Counted from the stretch's first letter, positions 16,261 to 25,905 are shown. The stretch is DNA of 40,000 nt from an uncultured Nitrososphaerota archaeon (GCA_963836465.1 CAWIJZ010000071.1:1-40000); one strand, 5' to 3'. Made by a program: numbers and translations. Notes: generated by a model not told the origin, from the sequence alone.

Positions 16261-17376
16261 GATGAGCTTACCCCGAAAGCATCGTTTGTGACAACTGAGC
16301 TAGCCCACGGCTTCGACCTCATCTTGATGAGGTATCTGCCAGAGCTGTTCTGCTTCGAGGTAAAGCCCAATTCTATCTACGGGAAGATGGATTACATATC
16401 GCTGGTTGTCAAGGCTTCCATACTCAATGGTTATGCTGAGGGAACGAGCAACGTATCGAGGAGGCTCGTGAAGCGCTCCCACCGGAGATACCGTCCTCTC
16501 ATACCTCAAGGGCATCGACAGATACGAACTCCAGAGCGTGTCGTCAATCGTCTTCGAGTGGCAGGTCGACGAGCTGAAGAGGAAGGGGTTGCTCAGGAGG
16601 CCCGTCCCGATCGCCTTCGACTGGCACGACCAGATGTTCTACGGCGATAGTGACTCGGAGATGGTCAACGGAACGAGGCCGAAGGACGGCTCCTCCGCGC
16701 CTACCAGTATCTGACTGCGAGCATCCTCGTCGACGGAAAGAGGCTGACCATAGTGCTCACCCCCATCAAGAGCAGGAAGCACATGCTCGAATACGTAGAG
16801 GACGCGTTGAACAGGATCAGGAGCATGGGGATAAAGGTGAAGCATCTTCTCTTCGACGGAGGATTCTCCTCCCTTGCATTACCGCGATATCTCGAGGAGC
16901 ACGGGTATTACTACGCGATACACTTCACACCCAACAGCGTGACGAATGGGATTGGCCTGAAAGACGGAGAGGAGGCCCTCTATCCTTGCGACGATAGGCC
17001 GTTCAGGATCGTCAGGGCAGACGACCGAAAGACTGGGAAGACATACCTCTTTGCCACCAACATGACTTGCAGGCCGAAGAGGGTTCTCAAGCGTTACAAG
17101 CTGAGGTGGGGAATCGAAACGTCCTACAGGGAGCACAACGTCTTCCTGGCGAAGACGACATCGAAGGACTACACGGTGAGGCTCCTCTACTATGCTGTGG
17201 CCGTCTGCATCTACAACGCTTGGTGTATCTTCAACAACACCCAGTAGGAGAGGCGAGTGATTGCTCTCGAGGTGAAGATCTCCCTGCTCATGGAATATCT
17301 GGTACCGTTCAGCTCAAAGAATGATCCGAAGGCGAAAGAAGATGATTATGGATGACGCTTATTCGGAGCTACTGTC
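16197..17376. mobile_element. IS element of the IS4 superfamily, ISH3-like, ~1.18 kb, with a degraded transposase
   Basis: It has 22-bp perfect terminal inverted repeats: GACAGTAGCTCCGAATAAGCGT at 16197-16218, and its reverse complement at 17355-17376. The interior encodes a DDE transposase. I could not identify a flanking direct repeat. Confidence 0.8.
16288..17247 (+). pseudogene. DDE transposase (IS4/ISH3-like), at least two frameshifts
   Basis: The fragments lie in three frames: ...MDYISLVVKASILNGYAEGTSN; TGDTVLSYLKGIDRYELQSV...PIAFDWHDQMFYGD (first D); YQYLTASILVDGKRLTIVLTPIKSRKHML...HLLFDGGF (second D) ...KLRWGIETSYREHNVFLAKT (the YREK-type E). Confidence 0.8.
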
Positions 17377-17436
17377 TATTCCAGGGCAACTCATAATGCA
17401 TATAACAGATGAGTTGAGGGCGCAGCAGAGCTGAAG

Positions 17437-18273
17437 GTGGGAACAATGGAGAGCAACGTCGCATATCCATCCCCGAATGCATCAGTAAGAACTACGGGAG
17501 AAAACAAGTCTGGACTGGGTGAACCAACCATCAGCGTTGAGCATGTCGGTCTGGATTACGTGAAAGAGAAAGAATCGCTGCCCGTTCTCGTAGACGTCAC
17601 CTTCCAAACGTTCAAGGACGAATTCGTGATGATTACTGGCCCGTCGGGGTGTGGCAAGTCGACACTGCTCAGAATAATCAGCGGCCTCATCAAGCCGACG
17701 TCCGGCCTCGTCAGGTTCAGGGACAAGGAGATACTCAATCCGAGGAACGAGATAGGGATGGTCTTCCAAAACTTCGTGCTTCTGCCATGGAGGACCTCGT
17801 ACGAGAACGTTATGTTCGGACTCGCGTCAAGGGCGGACCTCTCCGAGGAGGAGAAGAAGCAACGTTCTTTGAAAGCGCTTGAAGACGCCGGTCTGAAGGG
17901 ATTTGAGGACGTGTACCCAGGCGAATTGTCTGGTGGAATGAAGCAGAGGGTTGGTGTTGCTCGCGCCGTCGCATTGGAACCTCAGGTTCTACTAATGGAC
18001 GAACCCTTCAGCTCACTGGACGACCTGTCGGCCGACCATCTGAGGAAGGAGGTGTACGCTTTGCTCATGAATCCCTCGTCGCCCATCCAGACGGTTATCA
18101 TGGTCAGCCACAATGTCGAGGAGATAGTCGAACTGGCGGACAAGGTCGTGATTCTCTCGAAGCGCCCAGCGAGGGTGGTCGGCGAGCTAACGATAGACCT
18201 CCAAAGACCCCGCAACAAGAAGTCCGATGAGTTCTTCAGCTGGGTGGACAAGATATACTCGTTCCTGGCCTAG
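17437..18273 (+). CDS. ABC transporter ATP-binding protein (NitT/TauT nitrate/sulfonate/bicarbonate type)
   Basis: It has Walker A (GPSGCGKST), the Q-loop region, the ABC signature (LSGGMKQRV), Walker B (LLMDEPFSSLD) and the H-loop (VSHN). The start is GTG 17437 or ATG 17446. Confidence 0.9.
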   Translation: MGTMESNVAYPSPNASVRTTGENKSGLGEPTISVEHVGLDYVKEKESLPVLVDVTFQTFKDEFVMITGPSGCGKSTLLRIISGLIKPTSGLVRFRDKEILNPRNEIGMVFQNFVLLPWRTSYENVMFGLASRADLSEEEKKQRSLKALEDAGLKGFEDVYPGELSGGMKQRVGVARAVALEPQVLLMDEPFSSLDDLSADHLRKEVYALLMNPSSPIQTVIMVSHNVEEIVELADKVVILSKRPARVVGELTIDLQRPRNKKSDEFFSWVDKIYSFLA

Positions 18274-18316
18274 GCAAGCAGATATATTGTGCCAGTAATC
18301 TGTAGCCACTAGAGAA

Positions 18317-18841
18317 TTGAACAGAGACGTAACGCGCAGGAACGTAGACACTCTTCAGAGCGGGCCGGTCATGCCCGCCAATGTCAGGGCGGGTCAGGTG
18401 ATAGGTCTGGTCGAGGTGACTGGCGGGCTCGACTCGGCCATCGATGCATCACGCCTCGCAGACGAGTTCGGTTCAGATATAGCCACTTTTCTCCCCATTC
18501 TGGACGCCGCGGAGATGCTAGGATTGGTGAAGAACGAAAACGGAGATATCTCGCTGACCGAGTTCGGGCGCAAGTTCCAGAAGACAGCAAAGCACAAAGT
18601 AATGCTGCTGAAGCAGACCCTGACCAAGATTGAGCCGTTCAAAACTAGTCTGGACCTCGCGGCGGCAAGACGCAGTTTCTCTGCCCATGACGTGGCAGAG
18701 GCACTGCGCGCGAAGGGGATAACCTGGCACCACAACCACGAGGTCAACGAGACGCTCGTTCAGTCGATGCTACTCCACTGGGTAATATACGGAGGCCTCC
18801 TAATGTACTCTGGCAAGACTGGGCAGTACCAGAAATGTTAG
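18317..18841 (+). CDS. Stand-alone protein resembling the C-terminal AAA-associated domain found on NitT/TauT-type ABC ATPases
   Basis: It lies directly downstream of the ATPase. GQVIGLVEVTGG...DASRLADEFGSDIATFLPILDAAEMLGLVKNENGDISLTEFGRKF matches my recollection of that domain. The true start is more likely the internal ATG (MPANVRAG...). Confidence 0.55.
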   Translation: MNRDVTRRNVDTLQSGPVMPANVRAGQVIGLVEVTGGLDSAIDASRLADEFGSDIATFLPILDAAEMLGLVKNENGDISLTEFGRKFQKTAKHKVMLLKQTLTKIEPFKTSLDLAAARRSFSAHDVAEALRAKGITWHHNHEVNETLVQSMLLHWVIYGGLLMYSGKTGQYQKC

Positions 18842-18860
18842 GGCGAGGTTGCTCGATCGC

Positions 18861-20432
18861 TTAGCTCGTGAGTCCCTCATAGGAGTACGCTATCCGTCCG
18901 GCCACTATGGTAATCGCGATCCCCACCCTTCGTATCATGGCGGGGTGGGTGTCACTGAGATTCGAGTCAAGGACTGTCAGGTCGGCCATCATTCCCTCCT
19001 TTATGAGGCCAGTTTTCTCTCCGTCCAGCCCGTTGAGGGCGGAGTTGGTCGTGTACATTCGGATCGCATCCTCTATAGTCGGTTGCTGCTCTCCGCCGGT
19101 CCCGCGCCCAGTCGTTGCTGCCCAGAATCCCATCAGGGGGCTGATAGGTTCCGTTGGCGCATCCGAGCCCCCTGATACTACAAGGCCGTTGGTCAGCATC
19201 GACCTAAAAGGGTACAGGTCGGCCATTCTTTCTCTTCCCAGTCTCTCCTCTGCCCAGGTGTCCGATGCCACAAAGTGGGGCTGAACCGCCACTCCCACGC
19301 CCAGTTCACGCATTCGCTTCAGAAGGTCAGGAGGGGCAAGGCTCGCGTGTTCTACCCTGGGTCGCCTGTCGCTCATCTTGAGTCCAGCGTCAGACACGAC
19401 GTCGAGCGTCTGTGCTATTGCTCTGTCTCCAATGGCGTGGGTCGCGACCTGAAGGCCGAGTGCGTCGATTTCGCTCATCAACCTCCGCATCGTTTCGTTA
19501 GAGTACCTCAGAATACCCCGGTTTGTGGGGTCGTCCGAGTACGGTCGGATGAGCGAAGCTGTTCTGGCGCCGAGGGTGCCGTCGGCAAAGAGCTTGACGC
19601 CGTTGATTCTGATGATCTCATCGCTTAATCTCTCCAAGATGCGGCTCTTCCCGAGGTATTTGAGGGCCGCCGCCGGGGCGTAAAGCCTGTGCCGTAGCGA
19701 AAGCCTCCCAGCCCGGCGTAGCGCTTCGAATGCCTCGAGCTCACCAACGAAGTGCTGCGAGAGGAAGCAGTGCACAGTCGTTATCCCGTTCCTCGCGGCC
19801 TCGTACTCGCCCATCAGTATGTCGTCTTCTATCGTGCCGAGGCTCTTCTGGGGTAGCCTCGACACAACCTCGTCAAGTGCGGCCTCCTTGACCAGCCCGT
19901 CCAGTGCTCCTTCCGCGTTCCTCGAGTAAGCGCCTCCAGGAGGATCAGCTACGCTCTCTTCGATTCCAAGGTCAGTGAGTCCCCGGGTGTTGAGAAGACC
20001 GACGTGCCCGCAGCTCCTCAGGAGAACCGTGGGGTTGTCCCTTGTCAGGTCGTCGATGTCCCACCGCGTCGGGAACCTTCTCTCCGACAGTGCCTCTTGG
20101 CTCCACCCTCTGCCTATGATCCACTCACCGCGCGCGGCCTTCTGGGTCCGTGCGAACAGCCTCAACCTGATGCTGGTTATGTTGCTGATACCCCTCAGAT
20201 CCAGTACGCGTGAAAGTGAACCGAGCTCAAGCAAATGGCAGTGGCTGTCTATGAGCCCCGGCAGAACGGTTGCGCCACCAGCATCGATCTTCAGCGCTCC
20301 TGCCGGGGCGCTCTGACTACGATCCTCGGAGAGTGCAGCTATCGTCGAGCCTCGGATGAGAACTGAACGCACGCCAGAGAATCCTTGAGCCGTAAAGAGG
20401 TTGCAGTTCTCAATCAGTATGTCTTGAGACAT
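18861..20432 (-). CDS. Amidohydrolase-family metal-dependent hydrolase (Amidohydro_3-like)
   Basis: 523 aa. It has an N-terminal HxH metal motif (GLIDSHCHLLE), further conserved segments (ATHAIGD, HASL) and a C-terminal SGGSDAP. Confidence 0.8.
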   Translation of the reverse strand: MSQDILIENCNLFTAQGFSGVRSVLIRGSTIAALSEDRSQSAPAGALKIDAGGATVLPGLIDSHCHLLELGSLSRVLDLRGISNITSIRLRLFARTQKAARGEWIIGRGWSQEALSERRFPTRWDIDDLTRDNPTVLLRSCGHVGLLNTRGLTDLGIEESVADPPGGAYSRNAEGALDGLVKEAALDEVVSRLPQKSLGTIEDDILMGEYEAARNGITTVHCFLSQHFVGELEAFEALRRAGRLSLRHRLYAPAAALKYLGKSRILERLSDEIIRINGVKLFADGTLGARTASLIRPYSDDPTNRGILRYSNETMRRLMSEIDALGLQVATHAIGDRAIAQTLDVVSDAGLKMSDRRPRVEHASLAPPDLLKRMRELGVGVAVQPHFVASDTWAEERLGRERMADLYPFRSMLTNGLVVSGGSDAPTEPISPLMGFWAATTGRGTGGEQQPTIEDAIRMYTTNSALNGLDGEKTGLIKEGMMADLTVLDSNLSDTHPAMIRRVGIAITIVAGRIAYSYEGLTS

Positions 20433-21093
20433 CCTGAGGCACCATTTTCAGCTTCGAGCTCGACCTTCGCTTCCTGGCCAGATAGGTAAGAGTACTGCAC
20501 CTACTACCGAGCCTGAAAGCTTGGTGCACATCTGTTACCTTGTCTATGTCGAAGCCGACCGTGTCTGAGTAGTACACTGCTAGGGAATCGGAGTTGGCGA
20601 TCGCGTCTCTTGTGTGGTTCTCGAAGCTATTGTCATCATAGTGCAAGCCCATCTTGGCTCCCTTCCTCAGCAAGAGTAGGTTCGTTCCGTCAAAATCGCG
20701 CGATGGAGAGATGACCACACTCGCCCCAAGCCTTGCAAGAGTGATCGCATTCCTGACGTCGCGCGGGCGTATGAATGGAACGTCAGCGGGAATCACCATC
20801 CAGGATCCATAGGCGCGAGTCTTCTCTATGGCCGTCTCTACTGCGGCGTTTACTCCACCGTCCTTCTCCTCTTGGATTGACTTTGCCCCATAGCGTTCGG
20901 CGAGTCTCAGTATTTCCCTGTCAGAAGAGATGACGTGAGTGTCATCGATCACCCTGGCTTTGGCAAGAGCCTGAAGAACGTCCTCCAGCATCGCCACCAC
21001 TAGCTGCTTTCTCTCTTCTTCGCTGAAGAGGCTGGCGAGCCTCCTCTTTCTGTGATCTGCTTTGACGGGAACGATGATTGCAGTTTGACCCAT
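20410..21093 (-). CDS. cofC: 2-phospho-L-lactate guanylyltransferase (F420 biosynthesis)
   Basis: 227 aa. It has a CofC-like N-terminus (TAIIVPVKADHRKRRL...) and sits immediately downstream of cofD and cofE on the same strand. Confidence 0.75.
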   Translation of the reverse strand: MGQTAIIVPVKADHRKRRLASLFSEEERKQLVVAMLEDVLQALAKARVIDDTHVISSDREILRLAERYGAKSIQEEKDGGVNAAVETAIEKTRAYGSWMVIPADVPFIRPRDVRNAITLARLGASVVISPSRDFDGTNLLLLRKGAKMGLHYDDNSFENHTRDAIANSDSLAVYYSDTVGFDIDKVTDVHQAFRLGSRCSTLTYLARKRRSSSKLKMVPQDVSRHTD

Positions 21094-21099
21094 TTTGAG

Positions 21100-22015
21100 C
21101 TATACCTCCACTAGGAGTCTCGCTATCCTTCTCTCCGCAGCAAGATACCGTCATCACTGTTGGCGCGACTGTACACTGCACTCCGAGTTTCTCGATGGCC
21201 TTCTTCATCCGCTCATCTCTCGAGTCAATGACGATCTTGTCAACCACGTCCAAGTACAATCGCGCAAGAGACAACGATGTTGCTTGCATCCCGATCGACC
21301 GCATGAACTTCGCTGCGGGCCCGCTGAACGGCCCATCTCCCAGAAAGGGGGACAGCGCGACCTTGACAGCCTCAGTCTTCCCGAGCGCTCTCCTGATTCC
21401 GGGCGTGTTCAGGATGGGCATGATGCTTGTCACAGGATTTGCGGGGCAGAATATTATCCTATCTGCGTGCGATATTGTCCGGACAGCCTCATTAGTCGCT
21501 CTAGCTTTGTCAATACCTTTGTACCCGACCTCTCTCACCTCCTCTCTTCCACCGTCCCTCACCCAGAACTCTTGGAGGTGGAACTCGCCTGCGGGAGTAA
21601 CAACATGGGTTTCGACGTGGTCGTCGGTGGGAGGAAGAAGTCGCGGTCGAATCCCCAACCTCTCCGTGAGCATTTCGGTCACTTGAGTAAGCCTGAACCC
21701 TTTTCTCAGGAGCTCGCTCCTCAAGATATGTGTTGCCAGGTCGCGATCTCCGAGTTTGAACCAGTTCTGCCCGCCCAGCCTCCTCAACTGATTAAACGTC
21801 GAGAAGGTATCGTGGCTCACGCCCCAGTTCTTCGTCAAATCGAGAATCCCGGCCATGGTGTACATCGCTATGTCGAGGTCAGGACAAACGTAGAGGCCGT
21901 ACATCCATACGTTGTCTCCCGTATTTGCTATGACCGTGAAGTCTTGGACAAGGGATGAAACCCCCCGAATGAGCTTTGAAGAACCCGTTCCTCCTGCGAG
22001 CAGTACGATTTTCAA
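21100..22015 (-). CDS. cofD: 2-phospho-L-lactate transferase (F420 biosynthesis); 3' end probably frameshifted as sequenced
   Basis: It has a CofD N-terminus (MKIVLLAGGTGSSKLIRG). The ORF-track frame runs on to 20942 through an implausible tail (VSCCGEKDSETPSGGIAQNGSNCNH...) that overlaps cofC by 150 nt. The adjacent frame reads RYLAAERRIARLLVEV-stop, ending at 21100, 6 nt before the cofC ATG. Confidence 0.8.
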
Positions 22016-22021
22016 TTCAAG

Positions 22022-22777
22022 CTACCTGAATAGGTCCAGCTCCCTTTTTCGTAACATCGGACCGATGCCGTCCTCGCCCTCTTCATAGCTCAGACCTCGA
22101 ACGATCGCGACGGGGGCCATGTCGAGTTTCCCCATCACGAGTTGCGATGCCGCGGCGACTTCGTCGACGATGGCCGGCTCTGTAACCCTTAACGCATAGC
22201 CGAAGGGATCGACAACGCCCTCATAATCTCTCGTGGGCTTGATTCCGGAACAACCGATGGCGACGTCCACCTGTCCCTCCCGCCAGGGTCGCCCAAAGGT
22301 GTCTGTGATCACGACGGCAACGCGTTTATGCGTCTTCTCTCCGATGGCATCTCTTATCCTCTTGGCGCTCCTGTCTGAGTTCTCCGGAAGAAGTGTCACG
22401 AACCCCGTCTCGATGTTGGACTGGTCAACTCCCGAATTTGCGCAGACAAACCCGTGCTTTGTCTCTGTGATTATGACTCCGTGTCCCATCCTCACGATTC
22501 TCTTTGCTTCGGACAGCACGACCTGCATCACTCTGGAGTCTTTCCGCAACCTCCTGGCGAGCGTCGCTGCCCTTTTCCCGACAGTGACATCAGCTAAACG
22601 GCGGGTCTGGCCTTCCGCCTTGGACAAGACCTTCTGTGTGATTACAAGCACATCAGAATCCCGAAGAGTGAGCTTCGCAGCTCTCGCGGCGTTCACTATG
22701 AGCGAAGCAAGGTCATCACCCTTCTTCACGACGGGCATCCCTGGGATAGGTATGATCGAAACTGGACGCGCGCGCAA
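22022..22777 (-). CDS. cofE: Coenzyme F420-0:L-glutamate ligase
   Basis: 251 aa. CofE-like features are IIPIPGMPVVKKGDDLASLI, VLVITQKVLSKAEG and GFVCANSGVDQSN. Confidence 0.8.
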   Translation of the reverse strand: MRARPVSIIPIPGMPVVKKGDDLASLIVNAARAAKLTLRDSDVLVITQKVLSKAEGQTRRLADVTVGKRAATLARRLRKDSRVMQVVLSEAKRIVRMGHGVIITETKHGFVCANSGVDQSNIETGFVTLLPENSDRSAKRIRDAIGEKTHKRVAVVITDTFGRPWREGQVDVAIGCSGIKPTRDYEGVVDPFGYALRVTEPAIVDEVAAASQLVMGKLDMAPVAIVRGLSYEEGEDGIGPMLRKRELDLFR

Positions 22778-22884
22778 TCTTCTTCGGCGCGCGTTACGAC
22801 GGAGGAACTTATGAAAGCTTGCTTTACTGAGGCGCGAGGAAGCATGTCAATCTTATAATAGGGGCCCCATCATTCTGACCACGT

Positions 22885-24054
22885 TTGCTTTCGAAGGATG
22901 AGGTCATCAATGCTTTGAGGCGGGTGGAGGATCCGGAGCTGCACAGGGATATCGTCTCGCTCAACATGGTTGAGAACGTGGTGGTCGAGGATGACAAGGT
23001 CTGGCTCACCCTGAACCTGACGACACCCGCATGTCCGCTGCGTGCCAGGCTTGAACAAGGAGCGAGGGAGGCTGTGCTTTCACTGGAAGGTGTGAAGCAG
23101 GTCGACATGAAGGTCGGCGCCAACATCACCGCGACCCGGGAGTACTCTGGAACGGACGTCCTCAGAGGTGTCAAGAATGTCATCGCCGTAGCGAGCGGGA
23201 AAGGCGGGGTAGGCAAGTCAACTGTCGCTGTGAACCTGGCCGTTGCACTGGCCTCATCCGGAACGACGGTCGGCATCCTAGATGCAGACATTTACGGGCC
23301 GAACATTCCCCTAATGATGGGGGTAAACAAGCGGCCCGAGGTCAGGGGCGAAACTCTGATTCCCGTGATGGCGCACGGAATCAGAGTGATGTCGCTCGGC
23401 TTCTTCTACAAGGACGATACTCCTCTTATCTGGAGGGGACCGATGGTCGCCGGGGCTGTGAGACAGTTCCTAACCCAGGTCGAGTGGGGCGAACTTGACT
23501 ATCTTGTGGTTGACCTTCCGCCGGGGACGGGTGACGCGGGGCTGACGCTCGCACAAGCGGTCCCACTCGGGGGTGTTGTTATAGTCACAACCCCGCAGGA
23601 GGCAGCACTTAACATTGCGACGAAGGCGCTCGCTATGTTCAGGAAGCTGAACGTTCCCATCCTCGGAATCGTTGAGAACATGAGCTACTTCGTCTGCCCG
23701 CGCTGCGGAGAGAAAACCTACATCTTCTCGAACGCGGGAGGCCGAAAGGCAGCGGCTCTCCTTGACGCGGAGTTTCTTGGAGAGATCCCTCTTTATCCTT
23801 CGATTAGAGAGCAGTCCGACCTGGGCACGCCGATCACGGTATCAGCTCCAGAGTCTCAGGAGTCATCGATCTTCAGAGAGATAGCGTTCAGGGTGGCCGG
23901 AATGCTGAGCATTGTCGCCTACGGCCAGGGGGCAGGCGTTGGAAGAAGAGAAGGTCCTCGAAGCCGAGGAGAGGAAGAAGGGGATGAAGAGAAGGGAGGG
24001 CCCAAGCGGGTTCCAACAGGCTCAAGCCCCGCAGACGCCCTAGAACCGCCCTAG
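22885..24054 (+). CDS. Mrp/NBP35/ApbC-family Fe-S cluster carrier ATPase with an N-terminal DUF59 (MIP18-like) domain
   Basis: The DUF59 part is VEDPELHRDIVSLNMV...LTTPACPL. It has a deviant Walker A (ASGKGGVGKST) and a CxxC motif (CPRCGE). The Gly/Glu/Arg-rich C-terminal tail is unusual. It has a TTG start. Confidence 0.88.
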   Translation: MLSKDEVINALRRVEDPELHRDIVSLNMVENVVVEDDKVWLTLNLTTPACPLRARLEQGAREAVLSLEGVKQVDMKVGANITATREYSGTDVLRGVKNVIAVASGKGGVGKSTVAVNLAVALASSGTTVGILDADIYGPNIPLMMGVNKRPEVRGETLIPVMAHGIRVMSLGFFYKDDTPLIWRGPMVAGAVRQFLTQVEWGELDYLVVDLPPGTGDAGLTLAQAVPLGGVVIVTTPQEAALNIATKALAMFRKLNVPILGIVENMSYFVCPRCGEKTYIFSNAGGRKAAALLDAEFLGEIPLYPSIREQSDLGTPITVSAPESQESSIFREIAFRVAGMLSIVAYGQGAGVGRREGPRSRGEEEGDEEKGGPKRVPTGSSPADALEPP

Positions 24055-24166
24055 TGGATTCTGTTGCGTCTCTTGTCAGGGACCGAGGTTTGCCGCACTC
24101 TGTTTCGTGAGTGGTACTAGTCTCGGTAGTCCTGTTCCTGGAGATTCGAAGAGGGCGGACGAGGAT

Positions 24167-25357
24167 TCACTCGACTACGCCACAGAAGTCGGTTATGGTC
24201 TGAAAGAATAGCTTGGCTCCTGTGACGACCTCTGGCACGGGTATATACTCGTCGGCCGAGTGAGCCAACCCGATGTCTCCCGGCCCGAAGACACACGTCG
24301 GAATCCCGGCTCGGTTCTTCAGAATGCACGCGTCAGTGCCGTAGGGTACTCCAATTATCTTGACGCTCATGCCCTTGGCACTAATCGCCCGACTCAACGC
24401 TTCCACGATGGTGGCATTCCTTGACTCTTCGAAAGCGCCCAAGAGATTGATGATCTTCAGCGAAGCCACGAATTCCTCGTCTTGACTTGAGAGCTCGTCT
24501 AGAACCGACTGCATCTCTTTCACGACCGACTCTGTCGTTTCACCTGGGAGTGTCCTCCTCTCCACTCTGAGCACACACCTTTCGGGCACAATCGTCCACT
24601 GGGTGCCTCCCGCGATTGTTGAGGTGTGAATGCGCGGGGTACCGACCAACGGGTGTCTGATCTTCCGGTGCCTCTTCTTGAGCTTCTCGATGGCGAGAAC
24701 AAGTTGACTCGTCTTCACAATCGCATCAATGCCCTTCTCGGGGACGGAGCCGTGAGCTGCCCTCCCTTTCGTTGTGATTTCGAACCAGACGGAGCCCTTG
24801 TGCGCGATGGCAATCTGGAGACTGGTGGGTTCGCCTACGATGGCCCCGTCCGCCCTGAATCGCTCGATCACCTTCATGGTTCCCCTCCCCTCGTCTTCCT
24901 CGTCTGCAACCCCGGTGAAGATTAGGTCACCCCGCAGCCTGACATCCTCTTTCACGATCGCCTCAACAGCAGCCATCATCGATGCGATGGAACCCTTCAT
25001 GTCGCAGGCGCCCCGCCCGTGCAGGTTTCCTTTGCTGTCCACGCGCCCCTCATACGGATCGATGATCATCCCCTCAACCGCCACGGTGTCGGTGTGCCCG
25101 TTAAGCATGAGAGCGCGACCCCCTCCTGTGCCCCTCAGTACTCCCACGACGTTCTTCCGCCCATTGACAACGCCCTGCATCGTAACTTCCAGCCCATGCT
25201 CTTTTAGCCAGCTTCCGATGTGCTGTGCTATCTCATTCTCGCCGTTTCCCCCTGGAGCCGAGGGATTGATGCTCTTTATCGCCACGAGGTCGCGAAGTAT
25301 CTTCGTGACTCCTGAGGATTCAATCTTCGGTACCCTTCTTGCTGCCAACCTCACCAT
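24167..25357 (-). CDS. M20-family metallopeptidase (ArgE/DapE-like deacylase)
   Basis: 396 aa. Metal and catalytic motifs are LMLNGHTDTV, RGACDMKGS and GVADEEDEG. Confidence 0.8.
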   Translation of the reverse strand: MVRLAARRVPKIESSGVTKILRDLVAIKSINPSAPGGNGENEIAQHIGSWLKEHGLEVTMQGVVNGRKNVVGVLRGTGGGRALMLNGHTDTVAVEGMIIDPYEGRVDSKGNLHGRGACDMKGSIASMMAAVEAIVKEDVRLRGDLIFTGVADEEDEGRGTMKVIERFRADGAIVGEPTSLQIAIAHKGSVWFEITTKGRAAHGSVPEKGIDAIVKTSQLVLAIEKLKKRHRKIRHPLVGTPRIHTSTIAGGTQWTIVPERCVLRVERRTLPGETTESVVKEMQSVLDELSSQDEEFVASLKIINLLGAFEESRNATIVEALSRAISAKGMSVKIIGVPYGTDACILKNRAGIPTCVFGPGDIGLAHSADEYIPVPEVVTGAKLFFQTITDFCGVVE

Positions 25358-25905
25358 CTCCTGTGGGTTAACTCGGTGCGTCCGCCTCTTGCGATGTGGA
25401 CGGCGTGCGGGAGGTCCGATATCGTGGCTCTGAGCGCAGTCTCGACCGCGTCGGGCGAACCTGGCAGGCAGAGCACAAGTTTCCTGTGCACGATTCCGGC
25501 GGTCGCTCTCGTAAGCATCGCGGCCGCCCCGATTCTCTCATAGCTGAGCGTCCTTAGGAGTTCGCCGACACCAGGCAGCTCCTTTTCGAAGAGCGGCCTG
25601 ACAGTTTCGATTGTGATGTCGGTGGGTGAAATTCCCGTCCCTCCCGTCAGAAGGACCACGTCGACCCGAGGAGACCGCGTCCTCCTCTGTACCACTGAAC
25701 GAATCATGACAGCATCATCGGAGATTAGCTCCCTTCCAACGACTTGGTGATCCGCCCCGCCTATGATCTCCTCGGCCACGTCTCCAGATTCATCGGTGTA
25801 CGCGCGCCTCGCTTTCATGCTACGGTAGCGAGAGGTACTGACAGTCGCGACGAAGAACCCAAGCTTCCTGCTTGCCGCGGCCCTGTGTTCTTCAGGGGGT
25901 TTCAA
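25351..25905 (-). CDS. moaB: Molybdenum cofactor biosynthesis protein B (MoaB/MogA domain)
   Basis: 184 aa. It has VVLLTGGTGISPTDIT and CLPGSPDAV, typical of the MoaB/MogA fold. Confidence 0.8.
   Translation of the reverse strand: MKPPEEHRAAASRKLGFFVATVSTSRYRSMKARRAYTDESGDVAEEIIGGADHQVVGRELISDDAVMIRSVVQRRTRSPRVDVVLLTGGTGISPTDITIETVRPLFEKELPGVGELLRTLSYERIGAAAMLTRATAGIVHRKLVLCLPGSPDAVETALRATISDLPHAVHIARGGRTELTHRRW

Noticed and set aside
12250-17430. The 5-kb interval between the ABC permease and ATPase as a discrete inserted genomic island.
   Set aside because: No boundary repeats, integrase or att-like sequences were found apart from the small IS. The content (gdhA, SDR) is ordinary metabolism. 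It is kept only as a synteny question in the findings.
21095-21958. Long ORFs antisense to well-supported genes. Examples are 21095-21958(+) and 21195-21686(+) opposite cofD, 22233-22814(+) opposite cofE, 22824-23291(-) opposite the Mrp gene, 24774-25433(+) opposite the M20 peptidase, 13866-14384(-) opposite gdhA, 7664-8170(+) opposite the epimerase, and 10393-10833(-).
   Set aside because: These are shadow ORFs. They have Ser/Pro/Arg-rich low-complexity translations and no motifs, and each fully overlaps a gene with clear family signatures on the other strand.
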